This document shows, in pieces, positions 9,246 to 19,048 of a DNA stretch of 64,000 nucleotides; position 1 is the stretch's first letter, and each line of letters begins with the position of its first letter. Both the position numbers and the translations under genes were made by a program. The stretch is taken from positions 21,121-85,120 of the forward strand of contig JAOABX010000009.1 in assembly GCA_026418175.1 (NCBI GenBank). The letters are read 5' to 3'. Source of the stretch: Flavobacteriales bacterium. Lineage in GTDB: Bacteria; Bacteroidota; Bacteroidia; CAIKAF01. The notes beneath the pieces are model-generated. The model was not told the DNA's origin and made no database searches. It was given only the letters and a program-made list of their open reading frames with translations.

Positions 9246-11240
9246 ATGAAGCTTTCTATAATCATAGTAAATTATAATGTTGCCTATTTTTTGGAGCAAT
9301 GCCTTCAAAGTGTGCAAAGAGCTATTGTTTACATGGACAATAAATATGGAGAGCATAGTACGGAAGTTTTCGTGGTAGATAATCAATCGGTAGATGGCTC
9401 AAACGAAATGGTAGAATCCCGCTTCTCTTGGGTAAAGCTGATAAAGAACTCAGAAAACGTTGGCTTTTCAAAGGCTAACAACCAGGCGATACGAATTGCC
9501 ACCGGTGAATATATACTATTACTTAACCCGGATACGGTAATTGAAGAAGATACGCTGATCAAAGTAGTACAGTTTATGGATGATCATCCGGATGCAGGAG
9601 GTTTGGGCGTTAAGATGGTGGATGGGAAAGGCAATTTTTTGCCTGAATCAAAGCGCGGATTACCTACACCTTGGGTGGCTTTTTATAAAATATTTGGACT
9701 TTCTGCTTTGTTTCCCCGCTCAAAGCGTTTTGGCCGATATCATTTGGGTTTTCTGAATAAAGATGAGATACATGAAGTTGAGATATTGGCTGGTGCATTT
9801 ATGCTGATGCGAAAATCAGCTTTGGATAAAGTAGGCTTGCTGGATGAAGATTTTTTTATGTATGGTGAAGACATTGATCTCTCGTGGCGTATCATCAAGG
9901 GAGGGTATAAAAATTATTATTTCCCGCTGACCCGTATCATTCATTACAAAGGAGAGAGTACTAAAAAAAGCAGTGTAAATTATGTTTTTGTGTTTTATCG
10001 GGCCATGATCATTTTTGCCCGTAAACATTTTGCTCAACATAACGCCAGAGTATTTTCATTTCTGATACATTTAGCCATTTATTTGCGTGCAGCCATGGCA
10101 GTGTTGCAGCGTATTGTAAAGCTTATCGCTTTTCCAGCGCTTGATGCCTGCTTGATATATGCAGCCATGCTGGGCTTAACGGCTTACTGGGAGCAAAATC
10201 ATAAATATGTGGAAGGAGGAGGATATCCCATGTTATTTAAATTTGTTTTTTTACCGGTATATGTGCTTATTTGGATAATAGCTGTTTACATAAATGCCGG
10301 TTACGAACGTCCATACAAAACCAGCCGGATCGTTCGCGGAGTAGCTTGGGGAACTTTATTTATACTGGTATTGTATGCATTATTGCCTGAAGCATTTCGT
10401 TTTTCACGGGCAATTATTTTGTTTGGTTCATTGCTGGCTGTTTTGGTTTTTATGACAACCCGAATAGTAACTCACTTTATGCGTTATAAGAACCTAGCTT
10501 TTGAACAAGGAGCCCGCAAACGCGTTATGATTGTTGGCTCAGAACAGGAATGTAGGCGTGTTGAAGAGCTGATCCGAACAACGCAAAGCAGTGCAGATAT
10601 AATTGGATATGTATCTCCTCATGTTACAACTACAACTTTGTCTGAAAAACATTTGGGAAACGTATCGCAAGTAACCGATTTGATATCTATTTATCAGGTG
10701 CAGGAAGTAATATTTTGTGCTAAAGACATTACTTCATCTCAGATTATTGATCAAATGTCATTAATTAATGTAGCAAATGTTGATTTTAAAATAGCACCAC
10801 CGGAAAGTGAGTTTATTATTGGTAGTAATTCCATACATCGAAGCGGTGAATTATATGTTGTAGATCTGAATGCCATCAATAAACCGGTGAATCGAAGAAA
10901 TAAACGATTGTTGGATATTTTATTGTCAGTAATTTTTCTGTTATTGGCACCTGTGTTATGGATAATACAAAAACAACGTGTCGGTTTTTTTAAAAATGTT
11001 ATTGAGGTACTTGCTGGCAATAAAACCTGGGTATCATATGCATTTCCTATCAATACTTATAATGATAATCGATTGCCAAAAATTAAACCAGGTGTTTTGC
11101 ACCCGGCAGATGCTAGAGGTATTCCTATTGAGGACACAAAAACTTTACGCCACTTAGATATGCTGTATGCTAAAGATTACAATCCCAGTATTGATCTAAA
11201 TATCATTATTCGCAATCTTAGAAATTTAGGAAGGAATTAG
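9246..11240 (+). CDS. Glycosyltransferase family 2 fused to a WbaP-like polyprenyl-phosphate glycosylphosphotransferase scaffold whose catalytic core appears deleted
   Basis: N-terminal IIIVNYN...DNQSVDGS and LLLNPD (GT2). Central block of TM helices. Rossmann-like RKRVMIVGSEQE...IIGYV segment. C-terminal KRLLDILLSVIFLLLAPVLWII...QKQRVGFFKNVIEVLAGNKTWVS...KPGVLHP resembles the bacterial sugar-transferase domain, but no KFRTM/DE(L)PQ core is visible. Confidence 0.8.
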   Translation: MKLSIIIVNYNVAYFLEQCLQSVQRAIVYMDNKYGEHSTEVFVVDNQSVDGSNEMVESRFSWVKLIKNSENVGFSKANNQAIRIATGEYILLLNPDTVIEEDTLIKVVQFMDDHPDAGGLGVKMVDGKGNFLPESKRGLPTPWVAFYKIFGLSALFPRSKRFGRYHLGFLNKDEIHEVEILAGAFMLMRKSALDKVGLLDEDFFMYGEDIDLSWRIIKGGYKNYYFPLTRIIHYKGESTKKSSVNYVFVFYRAMIIFARKHFAQHNARVFSFLIHLAIYLRAAMAVLQRIVKLIAFPALDACLIYAAMLGLTAYWEQNHKYVEGGGYPMLFKFVFLPVYVLIWIIAVYINAGYERPYKTSRIVRGVAWGTLFILVLYALLPEAFRFSRAIILFGSLLAVLVFMTTRIVTHFMRYKNLAFEQGARKRVMIVGSEQECRRVEELIRTTQSSADIIGYVSPHVTTTTLSEKHLGNVSQVTDLISIYQVQEVIFCAKDITSSQIIDQMSLINVANVDFKIAPPESEFIIGSNSIHRSGELYVVDLNAINKPVNRRNKRLLDILLSVIFLLLAPVLWIIQKQRVGFFKNVIEVLAGNKTWVSYAFPINTYNDNRLPKIKPGVLHPADARGIPIEDTKTLRHLDMLYAKDYNPSIDLNIIIRNLRNLGRN

Positions 11241-11298
11241 ATTTATTACAAAAGTGCTTAGTTAATATTAGTAGAAATAATTTTATTCTGGTTGTTTC

Positions 11299-12963
11299 TT
11301 AATAATTTTGCATCACGTACCGATAATTTCTAAAAATAAGCATTTGTATGCTTTGATTTTCCCATCCGTCCTGATCGTTTTCTTTTTGGAATCGGTAGTG
11401 AACAGGCTGCAGAGGAGGTTCTATTTTTTCATGAAGGCATTCGCAGGTTTTTTCGCCGTATTTAGCCAGCATGGATACCATTTGAAAGGTAACATAATAT
11501 CCTTTAAATGCATACATATCTGGGTCTGTTTTCATCAATTGCTGGTATTTTATGATAAACGAGGTGTTGGCAGAATCAGTATAGTTTGCATAATTTACAG
11601 TAGGTATGTGTAAATTCAAATTTTCATAGTAATCTGCTTCAATATTATTAAATTCTAACCATTCATCTGTGCCAACAAAACTTATATCGGCTTTTTCGAT
11701 GGCTTTGTTTATTTTGGTAAGGTAGTCTTTTACTGTTATTTCACGACTGCATGGAAAGATAATGACATTTTTTACATCTTTTCGAATCGCACCTAAGGCT
11801 CCGCCAGATTTTAAACGTGTAAAATGAAAGCGAGCAGTATCTTTACCTGCAATATTTTTTATTGCTTGATAGTAATGTAAATGCATCAATGAATCTTTTT
11901 TAGTGCCGGGATCTACCAAAATATAATTAGCATTCGGATAGAATGTAGTAAAGAATTTTATTGTACGACGAGCAACTGACGCTTCATCGGGAGTAATTTT
12001 TATGAGATATGGACGATGGTGAATTAACTGATCTGAACGAGAAAAGGGTGATACTACCGGAATTTTATGAAGGGACGCAAATTCTGCAACCGGGCCAATA
12101 TTGGCACTGTATAACGGGCCAATAATCATGTCCATGGTTTTAAGTTCTGGTTTTGACAGGATGTTATCTACTTGATCACTATCATTTTTACTTCTTGTAT
12201 CGTAAACAAAAATTTCCAGTTGTAATCCTAGATTTTTTAAGGAATCGAGAGCAACGCGGGCACCACCAAAAAACTCAGCAGCAATTTTAGTATTGGTTTT
12301 GCCTCCACTGGTAAATGGTAATAAAAATGCGATGCGAAAACTTTTCTTTTCTGTTTGAAATTCTTTGCAGTCGTTAGATTTTTTTATTGTTACAAACTCC
12401 TGTTTGTTTTGTGTAATCTCTTTGTTTGGCTCTGAAATTAGCGGCTTTTTGGGCTCTTCTTTGGAAGTTTGCACCTGATGGCCTATGTTTTTATCTTCTG
12501 TTTTTGCAATTGGAATCCGAATTACTTCGCCGGCTTTTAATCCGCTCTTAACCTGTGGATTATGTGTGATGATGTCTTCAACAGTGATTCCATATTTTCT
12601 GGAAATTCCATACAATGTTTCACCTTCTTGTACAGCATGTTCTTTCAATGTTATCAGTTTGGATTCCTTCTGCTCTCCATTGCTGTTTGTTTTTTCATTT
12701 ACGGGAACAGGAAATTTTAGAATCTGATCTATCTTAATTCCACTGATTGCAGATTTATTATAATAAAAGATGGTATCCTGGCTAACCCCATATTGTTTTG
12801 AAATACCATAAACAGTTTCCTTGGGTTGAACTTTATGAACATAAAATTTACGTCCTCCAATAATTTCTGTTTGCTGTGCATAACTAAAAATAAAATTTAG
12901 CATTAAACAGCTTGTTGCAAAAAAAAGACGAACCACCCAGGTATATGTTGTAATTAAGTTCAT
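11299..12963 (-). CDS. Exported protein with two LysM peptidoglycan-binding repeats fused to a type-1 periplasmic-binding-protein fold
   Basis: Signal peptide. Two LysM units (TVYGISKQYGVSQDTIFYYN / TLYGISRKYGITVEDIITHN). C-terminal RIAFLLPFTSGG...GARVALDSL PBP1-like region. Confidence 0.8.
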   Translation of the reverse strand: MNLITTYTWVVRLFFATSCLMLNFIFSYAQQTEIIGGRKFYVHKVQPKETVYGISKQYGVSQDTIFYYNKSAISGIKIDQILKFPVPVNEKTNSNGEQKESKLITLKEHAVQEGETLYGISRKYGITVEDIITHNPQVKSGLKAGEVIRIPIAKTEDKNIGHQVQTSKEEPKKPLISEPNKEITQNKQEFVTIKKSNDCKEFQTEKKSFRIAFLLPFTSGGKTNTKIAAEFFGGARVALDSLKNLGLQLEIFVYDTRSKNDSDQVDNILSKPELKTMDMIIGPLYSANIGPVAEFASLHKIPVVSPFSRSDQLIHHRPYLIKITPDEASVARRTIKFFTTFYPNANYILVDPGTKKDSLMHLHYYQAIKNIAGKDTARFHFTRLKSGGALGAIRKDVKNVIIFPCSREITVKDYLTKINKAIEKADISFVGTDEWLEFNNIEADYYENLNLHIPTVNYANYTDSANTSFIIKYQQLMKTDPDMYAFKGYYVTFQMVSMLAKYGEKTCECLHEKIEPPLQPVHYRFQKENDQDGWENQSIQMLIFRNYRYVMQNY

Positions 12964-12969
12964 TTGTAT

Positions 12970-14493
12970 TTATTCCCATTCAATAGTAGCTGGTGGTTTT
13001 GAACTAATATCAAAAACCACACGATTTATACCTTTTACTTTATTGATAATTTCATTAGAAACTCTGCCAAGGAAATCATAAGGAAGGTGAGCAAAATCAG
13101 CCGTCATTCCATCGGTGGATGTTACTGCTCGGAGGCAAACGGCATGTTCATAAGTTCGCTCATCACCCATTACACCTACTGAATTTACGGGTAAAAAAAT
13201 GGCACCTGCTTGCCAAACTTGATTGTATAATCCTTCTGCTTTCAATCGTTGTATGAAGATATGATCTGCTTCTTGCAAAATTTGTACCTTTTCTTCGGTA
13301 ATATCGCCCAAGATTCGAATGCCTAAGCCTGGCCCAGGAAAGGGATGTCTGTTCAGGAAGGAATCAGGTATACCCAGCTCATGTCCAATTCGCCTTACTT
13401 CATCCTTAAAAAGCATTCGTAATGGTTCTACTATTTTTAATTTCATTTTGGCAGGTAATCCACCTACATTATGATGCGATTTAATAGTTACAGAGGGGCC
13501 TTTAACAGATACTGATTCAATCACATCCGGGTAGATGGTTCCCTGTCCCAGCCATTTAACATCCTTAATTTTCTTTGCTTCTTCATCAAATACATCAATA
13601 AAGGTTTTGCCAATTATTTTTCGTTTCTGTTCAGGATCGGATATCCCTTTTAGGGCGTGCAGAAAAACAGCTTTTGAATCACTTGCTATGATATGTAAAC
13701 CCAGTTGCTTTAAGTTTTCTTGAACATCGTGAAATTCGTTTTTTCTTAATAAGCCGTTATCAACAAAAATGCAGTACAGGTTTTCGCCAATGGCTTTGCT
13801 GAGCAATACTGCCGCTACCGTAGAATCAACTCCTCCCGAAAGGCCCATGACTACTTTGTCATTTCCAAGTTGTTCTTTCAGGCTTTGTACGGTTTCTTCA
13901 ATAAAAGCCGAAGGTGTCCAATCGCCCCGGCATCCACATATTTTTAAGAAATTTGATAAAACCAATGCCCCCTGCGTGCTATGATAAACTTCTGGATGGA
14001 ATTGTAATCCGTAAATTTTTTTTGATTCGTTAGCAAATGCAGCTACAGGAATGGAATCGGTGGAGGCAATGACATTAAAGTCAGGCGGAATAACTACAAT
14101 CGAATCGCCATGCGACATCCAGACCTGGCTTCCTTGATCTACACCTTGGAGAAGGGGAGATGAAACTACATTGACAAGATGCGCTCTTCCGTATTCTCGA
14201 TGGGTACTTCGCTCCACATTTCCTCCACTTTGTTCGGCTATTAGCTGCGCACCATAGCAAATTCCCAGTACTGGAATCGGTGAGTTTTTCCAGTCAAAAA
14301 CCGGAAACAAGGCATTGGGTTCTTTTACCGAAAAAGGACTACCGGAAAGTATTATTCCACGAACTGTTTCGTCGGGTTGAAACTCATGGTTGTATGGATG
14401 TATTTCGCAAAATACATTATGTTCTCTTATACGACGGGCAATTAATTGGGTATATTGAGACCCAAAATCGAGAATAATAACTTTTTGGTGCAT
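12970..14493 (-). CDS. guaA: GMP synthase (glutamine-hydrolysing)
   Basis: GATase [19 protein letters not shown]...GICYGAQL; ATP-PPase SGGVDSTV; conserved C-terminus ending ...IEWE. The ORF track starts at a TTG at 14520; first ATG ([10 protein letters not shown]) is at 14493. Confidence 0.95.
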   Translation of the reverse strand: MHQKVIILDFGSQYTQLIARRIREHNVFCEIHPYNHEFQPDETVRGIILSGSPFSVKEPNALFPVFDWKNSPIPVLGICYGAQLIAEQSGGNVERSTHREYGRAHLVNVVSSPLLQGVDQGSQVWMSHGDSIVVIPPDFNVIASTDSIPVAAFANESKKIYGLQFHPEVYHSTQGALVLSNFLKICGCRGDWTPSAFIEETVQSLKEQLGNDKVVMGLSGGVDSTVAAVLLSKAIGENLYCIFVDNGLLRKNEFHDVQENLKQLGLHIIASDSKAVFLHALKGISDPEQKRKIIGKTFIDVFDEEAKKIKDVKWLGQGTIYPDVIESVSVKGPSVTIKSHHNVGGLPAKMKLKIVEPLRMLFKDEVRRIGHELGIPDSFLNRHPFPGPGLGIRILGDITEEKVQILQEADHIFIQRLKAEGLYNQVWQAGAIFLPVNSVGVMGDERTYEHAVCLRAVTSTDGMTADFAHLPYDFLGRVSNEIINKVKGINRVVFDISSKPPATIEWE

Positions 14494-14554
14494 GTGCAAA
14501 AGTAGTAAAAAACCCCTCAACAGTTAGATAAAAAAGGAGAAATGGTACCTTAAA

Positions 14555-16501
14555 TTATTTATCAGTAATAACAAATTCTGTCCTACGATTTTGAGCCCTT
14601 CCTTTTTCGGTTTTGTTGCTTGCCAAGGGCTTGGTTTCACCAAATCCTTTATAGGTCATACGGTCAGCCTGAATGCCTAAATTTATCAGGTATTCATATA
14701 CTGCTTTTGCACGATTATCAGATAGTATCAGGTTGTCGTTGTCATTTCCTATATCATCGGTATGCCCGTGAATGGCTATTTTTAGTGTGGGATTAGCTTT
14801 TAAAAATTCTGCAAACTCTTCAATGATGAATTTGGCTTTATCGCTCAACTCGTACGAATTGGTTGCAAAGTTAATGTCGTTAAGACGATAGGCAGATCCA
14901 ACTTTTATTTCTTCAGTTTTTAAATCTACTTGGGCAGGTTTTCCGATACCTAATTCTTCTTTATTAATAAGTTTGGATGTAAAAGCAATACCTTCTTGTT
15001 TAATGGTAAGAATGTGATCGTCTTTGGCTGTAACTATGGCAACATAAGAGCCATCTTCCTGATTTACATCAATCTTGGTTACTTCTTTAGTAACAGTATT
15101 CTTAACTTCGATTTGAGTAGCGCTAACTTTGTTGTCGTTACTTTTTACCGTACCTTCTACATAGATGACCTCAGCCGGACGAGCTGTTTCGTATAATTCA
15201 AACGTGTAAATATCTAATCCGCCGGGCCCATTGAGTTTGTCAGAAGAATAAAACCCGGTTTTGCCATCCAGGCTCACAAAAAAACTAACATCGTCACCCG
15301 GTGTGTTAATAGGTTTACCTAAGTTACGTGGTTTTGTCCAATTCCCTTTTTCATCTTTTTTGGAAAAGAAAATATCATAACCTCCTAAACCTTTGTGGCC
15401 TTTGGAAGAAAAATATAAGGTTTGGCTATCTGAATGGAGAAATGGAGTAAGTTCATTATCAGGTGTATTTATGGTTGGGCCTAAATTTACAGCTGGGCTC
15501 CATTCCCCATTATCTTGTTTGGTGCTGATATAAAGATCTACCCCGCCAATCCCTCCAGGTCTGTTGGAAGCAAAAATCAACGTCTTGCCATCATACGAAA
15601 TGGTGGGTTGCGAATCCCATGCATCTGAATTAATATGTGACCCAGCATTTACAAAAGGTTGCCATTGGTTGTCTTTAAATTCTGTTTTCCATATATCACA
15701 AAACTCTACCTGGTTGTTTTGGCAAATTACAAAGTACATTTGTTTGTTATCAGCAGTAATGGTTGCTGCTCCATTATTGTACTTATGGTTAAAAGGACGA
15801 GGCATGGGCTCTCCAGCATCAAACTGACCGTTTGTCAAAGTGCTTTTGGTGAAAATTTCCACATAATTTACTCCACTGTCGTAAGTTTTATCCATGCTTT
15901 TGCCGTCTGTTTTAGTCTTGCGGATAAAATAAAAACTACGATTATCAGGCGAAATGCTTGCTAAGTATTCATCCTGTGGTGTACAAACATTAGGCATTAC
16001 TTTTGGGTCAAATGGAACCGAACGGGAAAAAATTGCTTCATAATCTTTTATTTCCTGAAGTAAATTTTTTGCCAGCTTATAATCTTCATCATCCTGAATA
16101 TCGTAGGTTAGAAATTTTTCAAAATACCGGATGGCCTCTTGATAGTTAGTAGCTTGGTAAGCAATAAGCCCTAAAAATAAATGAGTATATGGCGAATATT
16201 CCGGACAAATATCTCGAACTGCTTCTAAACGGTCCTTGGCTAAATCTTTTTTTCCTTGTTTAAAATAACCGGTTCCAAGTTCAAAAAGGGCTTCGTAAAA
16301 ACTATTTTCAATTGCAACAGCATCGTTTAATAACTTGCGTTTTTCAGCCATGTTTCCTTCTTTTTGGGCTTTGGCGTATAACTTAAGGGCTGCTTTATTG
16401 GATGTAGGTTCACAGGCAGTCTTATTGATTTGAAAATTCTGTGAAAAAATGCTATTGATAATTAGTATATAACTTAGTAAGAATGGATAGAAGCGTGTCA
16501 T
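14555..16501 (-). CDS. OmpA-family envelope protein with N-terminal TPR, TolB-like PD40 beta-propeller repeats and C-terminal OmpA domain
   Basis: Signal peptide. TPR-like helices. Four PD40-type repeats (…DGKTLIFASNRPGGIGGVDLY…). C-terminal NFATNSYELSDKAK...TDDIGNDNDNLILSDNRAKAV...RRTEF OmpA_C. Confidence 0.85.
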   Translation of the reverse strand: MTRFYPFLLSYILIINSIFSQNFQINKTACEPTSNKAALKLYAKAQKEGNMAEKRKLLNDAVAIENSFYEALFELGTGYFKQGKKDLAKDRLEAVRDICPEYSPYTHLFLGLIAYQATNYQEAIRYFEKFLTYDIQDDEDYKLAKNLLQEIKDYEAIFSRSVPFDPKVMPNVCTPQDEYLASISPDNRSFYFIRKTKTDGKSMDKTYDSGVNYVEIFTKSTLTNGQFDAGEPMPRPFNHKYNNGAATITADNKQMYFVICQNNQVEFCDIWKTEFKDNQWQPFVNAGSHINSDAWDSQPTISYDGKTLIFASNRPGGIGGVDLYISTKQDNGEWSPAVNLGPTINTPDNELTPFLHSDSQTLYFSSKGHKGLGGYDIFFSKKDEKGNWTKPRNLGKPINTPGDDVSFFVSLDGKTGFYSSDKLNGPGGLDIYTFELYETARPAEVIYVEGTVKSNDNKVSATQIEVKNTVTKEVTKIDVNQEDGSYVAIVTAKDDHILTIKQEGIAFTSKLINKEELGIGKPAQVDLKTEEIKVGSAYRLNDINFATNSYELSDKAKFIIEEFAEFLKANPTLKIAIHGHTDDIGNDNDNLILSDNRAKAVYEYLINLGIQADRMTYKGFGETKPLASNKTEKGRAQNRRTEFVITDK

Positions 16502-16699
16502 GGATTATTTTATCTCGATTTTAAACTCAAGAATCACAAAATTAGTATTAACTGTTTGTATGATTAGCAAAAATAAGACCCGATAATAAAAAAAGGTTGT
16601 TAATAAAATTTATAATTAAAAGACATTATCGTATAAACTAATTTTCGGCAACATGCTTAGAGTTAAGCTGCAATTTTATAAAATTAAATATGGAACACG

Positions 16700-16715
16700 A
16701 CATACTAAAGTATGT
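16700..16715 (-). terminator. 7-bp perfect inverted repeat ACATACT-AA-AGTATGT 30 nt downstream of the fabH stop; possible weak terminator
   Basis: Seen in sequence; followed on the minus strand by an A/U-rich tract rather than a clean U-run. Confidence 0.25.
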
Positions 16716-16745
16716 AGAAAATTATTTACAAAATTTAATTTTCAA

Positions 16746-17744
16746 TTAGAATCGAACTAAGGCAGATCCCCAAGTAAACCCACTTCCAAAAGCTGCCATA
16801 CAAACTAACTTCCCACGACCAATCAAACCTTGTTCCCAAGCCTCTGAGAGTGCAATGGGAATAGAGGCAGCAGTGGTATTTCCGTATTTTTGAATATTGT
16901 TAAATACTTTTTCGTCAGGCAACCCAAATTGTTTCTGAATGTATTGTGAAATACGCAAATTAGCTTGGTGCGGAATTAATAGGTCAATATTATCTGGTTG
17001 TAGCTGATTTGCTTCGAGAGCTTCACGAATTACGGCTTCAAAATTTACTACAGCATGTTTAAATACCATGTTTCCGTTCATGTAGGGCAGTAGGCTTCCG
17101 TCATTTAGCATATCCGGAGTAATGCGTTGTTTTCGTTGAGTACCCGGATGTTGGCACATCAGTTCTTCAGCATATGAACCATCTGCATGCAGATGGGTAG
17201 AAAGAATGCCTTGATTGGGTTGTTCGCTACGTTGTAAGACTACCGCACCGGCACCGTCGCCAAAAATTACGGCCATACTTCGTCCGCGGTTACTCAATTC
17301 TATAAAATTACTTTGTGTTTCGCTGCCTACTAACAAGATAGTTTTATACATGCCGGTTTTAATGAATTGATCAGCAACAGAAAGTCCGTAAATAAACCCA
17401 GAACATTGTGTTCTGATATCCAAAGCACCTATGTGTCTTAACCCCATTTCACGTTGCAACAATACACCTGAACCTGGGAAATAATAATCAGGACTCAGGG
17501 TAGCAAAAATGATGAAATCTATATCCATTTTATCAATACCGGCCCGCTGAATTGCCATATTAGCAGCTTTTACCCCCATTTTTGCTGTGGTGTCTTTGCC
17601 CTCGGTGAAAAAACGCCGTTCTTTGATGCCAGTTCGTTCAGTAATCCAAGAATCGCTGGTGTCCATGTATTTTTCGAGTTCAGTGTTGGTTATTATCGTT
17701 TCTGGAACATAATGGCCAACACCTATAATTTGCGTAGAATACAT
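16746..17744 (-). CDS. fabH: Beta-ketoacyl-ACP synthase III
   Basis: MYSTQIIGVGHYVPE N-terminus, catalytic Cys in QCSGF, C-terminal AFGSGFTWGS. The ORF track begins at a TTG at 17759; first ATG is at 17744. Confidence 0.9.
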   Translation of the reverse strand: MYSTQIIGVGHYVPETIITNTELEKYMDTSDSWITERTGIKERRFFTEGKDTTAKMGVKAANMAIQRAGIDKMDIDFIIFATLSPDYYFPGSGVLLQREMGLRHIGALDIRTQCSGFIYGLSVADQFIKTGMYKTILLVGSETQSNFIELSNRGRSMAVIFGDGAGAVVLQRSEQPNQGILSTHLHADGSYAEELMCQHPGTQRKQRITPDMLNDGSLLPYMNGNMVFKHAVVNFEAVIREALEANQLQPDNIDLLIPHQANLRISQYIQKQFGLPDEKVFNNIQKYGNTTAASIPIALSEAWEQGLIGRGKLVCMAAFGSGFTWGSALVRF

Positions 17745-17884
17745 TGCTTTTTTTTCCAAATAAAATAAAAAATCTAAAGTGAACCTTTATTAGTATAATT
17801 AACCTCTGTATCCTAACTTAAAAATTTACTGAGAAGTTTGGGTATTATCCTAAATTTTTTTGTAATAATTTGAAATTGAAATTC

Positions 17885-18421
17885 ATGCAAAAAATTAAAA
17901 AATTATTCTTATTAGCTTTTAAAAAGGAAATGGTATTGGAAGTTTGGATTGAATTGGAAAGCGGTGAGCGATTGAAAAAAATATCCTATCCATTTACTGC
18001 ATTTAGTGGAAGCTTAGGCCCAAAACTATGTGAAGGTGACAAACAAATTCCCGAAGGAATTTATCAGATTGAATATTTAAATCCCAATAGTAAGTATCAT
18101 TTATCAATAAAGTTAAACTATCCGAATGATTTTGACAAGAAGAAATCCATATTAGATAATCGGCTCAATCCAGGTAGTGATATTTTTATACATGGTGGTG
18201 CCGAATCTGTAGGATGCATTGCAATTGGTGATGAAGCCATAGAGCAACTATATGCACTGGTATCCGATATAGGTAAAGAAAGCGTGACGGTATGTATAGC
18301 GCCTATTGATTTTAGAGTAACCGAGGTGGAAGAATTAATTAATCCTAATTTTCCGGTTTGGGTAAACGAACTTTATGATTCGTTAAAATTATTTTTAAAA
18401 CAATTTAAAACAATAAACTGA
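17885..18421 (+). CDS. L,D-transpeptidase (YkuD) catalytic-domain family protein
   Basis: GPKLCEGDKQIPEGIYQI and HGGAESVGCIAIGD match the YkuD His/Cys active-site pattern. The ORF track starts at a TTG at 17870; first ATG is at 17885. Confidence 0.65.
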   Translation: MQKIKKLFLLAFKKEMVLEVWIELESGERLKKISYPFTAFSGSLGPKLCEGDKQIPEGIYQIEYLNPNSKYHLSIKLNYPNDFDKKKSILDNRLNPGSDIFIHGGAESVGCIAIGDEAIEQLYALVSDIGKESVTVCIAPIDFRVTEVEELINPNFPVWVNELYDSLKLFLKQFKTIN

Positions 18422-18491
18422 CAAAAGTCATTTTTTTCGGTGTATCAGCAATGTAAATTTGCTACATGTTTAACCTTAAAACTTTAAAAAT

Positions 18492-18911
18492 ATGTCACTC
18501 ATAAAGCGTTCATCATTTCCGTCCTTACTGGAAGAATTTTTTAATTCAGATCGTTTTTTTGATTCAGATTTCTTCAAAAAAGATTGGGTGCCGGCAGTGA
18601 ATATCGCTGAAAAAGATAACCAATATGAGGTTGAATTGGCAATACCTGGAATGAAAAAAGAAGATATTCAAATTCAGGTAGATCGTGGAGTGTTAAAAGT
18701 AAGTGGAGAAAATAAATCAGAAAAAGAAGAAAAAGATAAAAAGTTTACACGGAAAGAATTTTCCTACAGTTCATTCAGTCGTTCATTTACCTTGCCTGAA
18801 AATACAGATGAAAGCCAAATTGAGGCAAAATATGAAGATGGAATATTGAAATTAACCATTGCCAAGAAATCGGGTGAGCAATCTCAAAAGAAGTTAATAA
18901 CTGTAAAATAA
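18492..18911 (+). CDS. Hsp20/alpha-crystallin family small heat-shock protein
   Basis: VNIAEKDNQYEVELAIPGMKKEDIQIQVDRGVLKVSGE...FTLPENTD...ILKLTI alpha-crystallin domain. Confidence 0.9.
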   Translation: MSLIKRSSFPSLLEEFFNSDRFFDSDFFKKDWVPAVNIAEKDNQYEVELAIPGMKKEDIQIQVDRGVLKVSGENKSEKEEKDKKFTRKEFSYSSFSRSFTLPENTDESQIEAKYEDGILKLTIAKKSGEQSQKKLITVK

Positions 18912-18933
18912 TATTTTTCTTGGGTTTTATAAA

Positions 18934-18965
18934 GGGGGGATTGCACCTGGCGATCTCCCCTTTTT
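18934..18965 (+). terminator. Rho-independent terminator after hsp20 (GGGGGGAT-11 nt loop-ATCTCCCC followed by TTTTT)
   Basis: Stem, loop and T-run read directly from sequence. Confidence 0.6.
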
Positions 18966-19048
18966 AACTTAATTATGTTGGTAAACTTAAAATACAGGCA
19001 ATGAATACTGTATAACATCGTTTTACCTTTACCAAGTAAAAAAGTATC

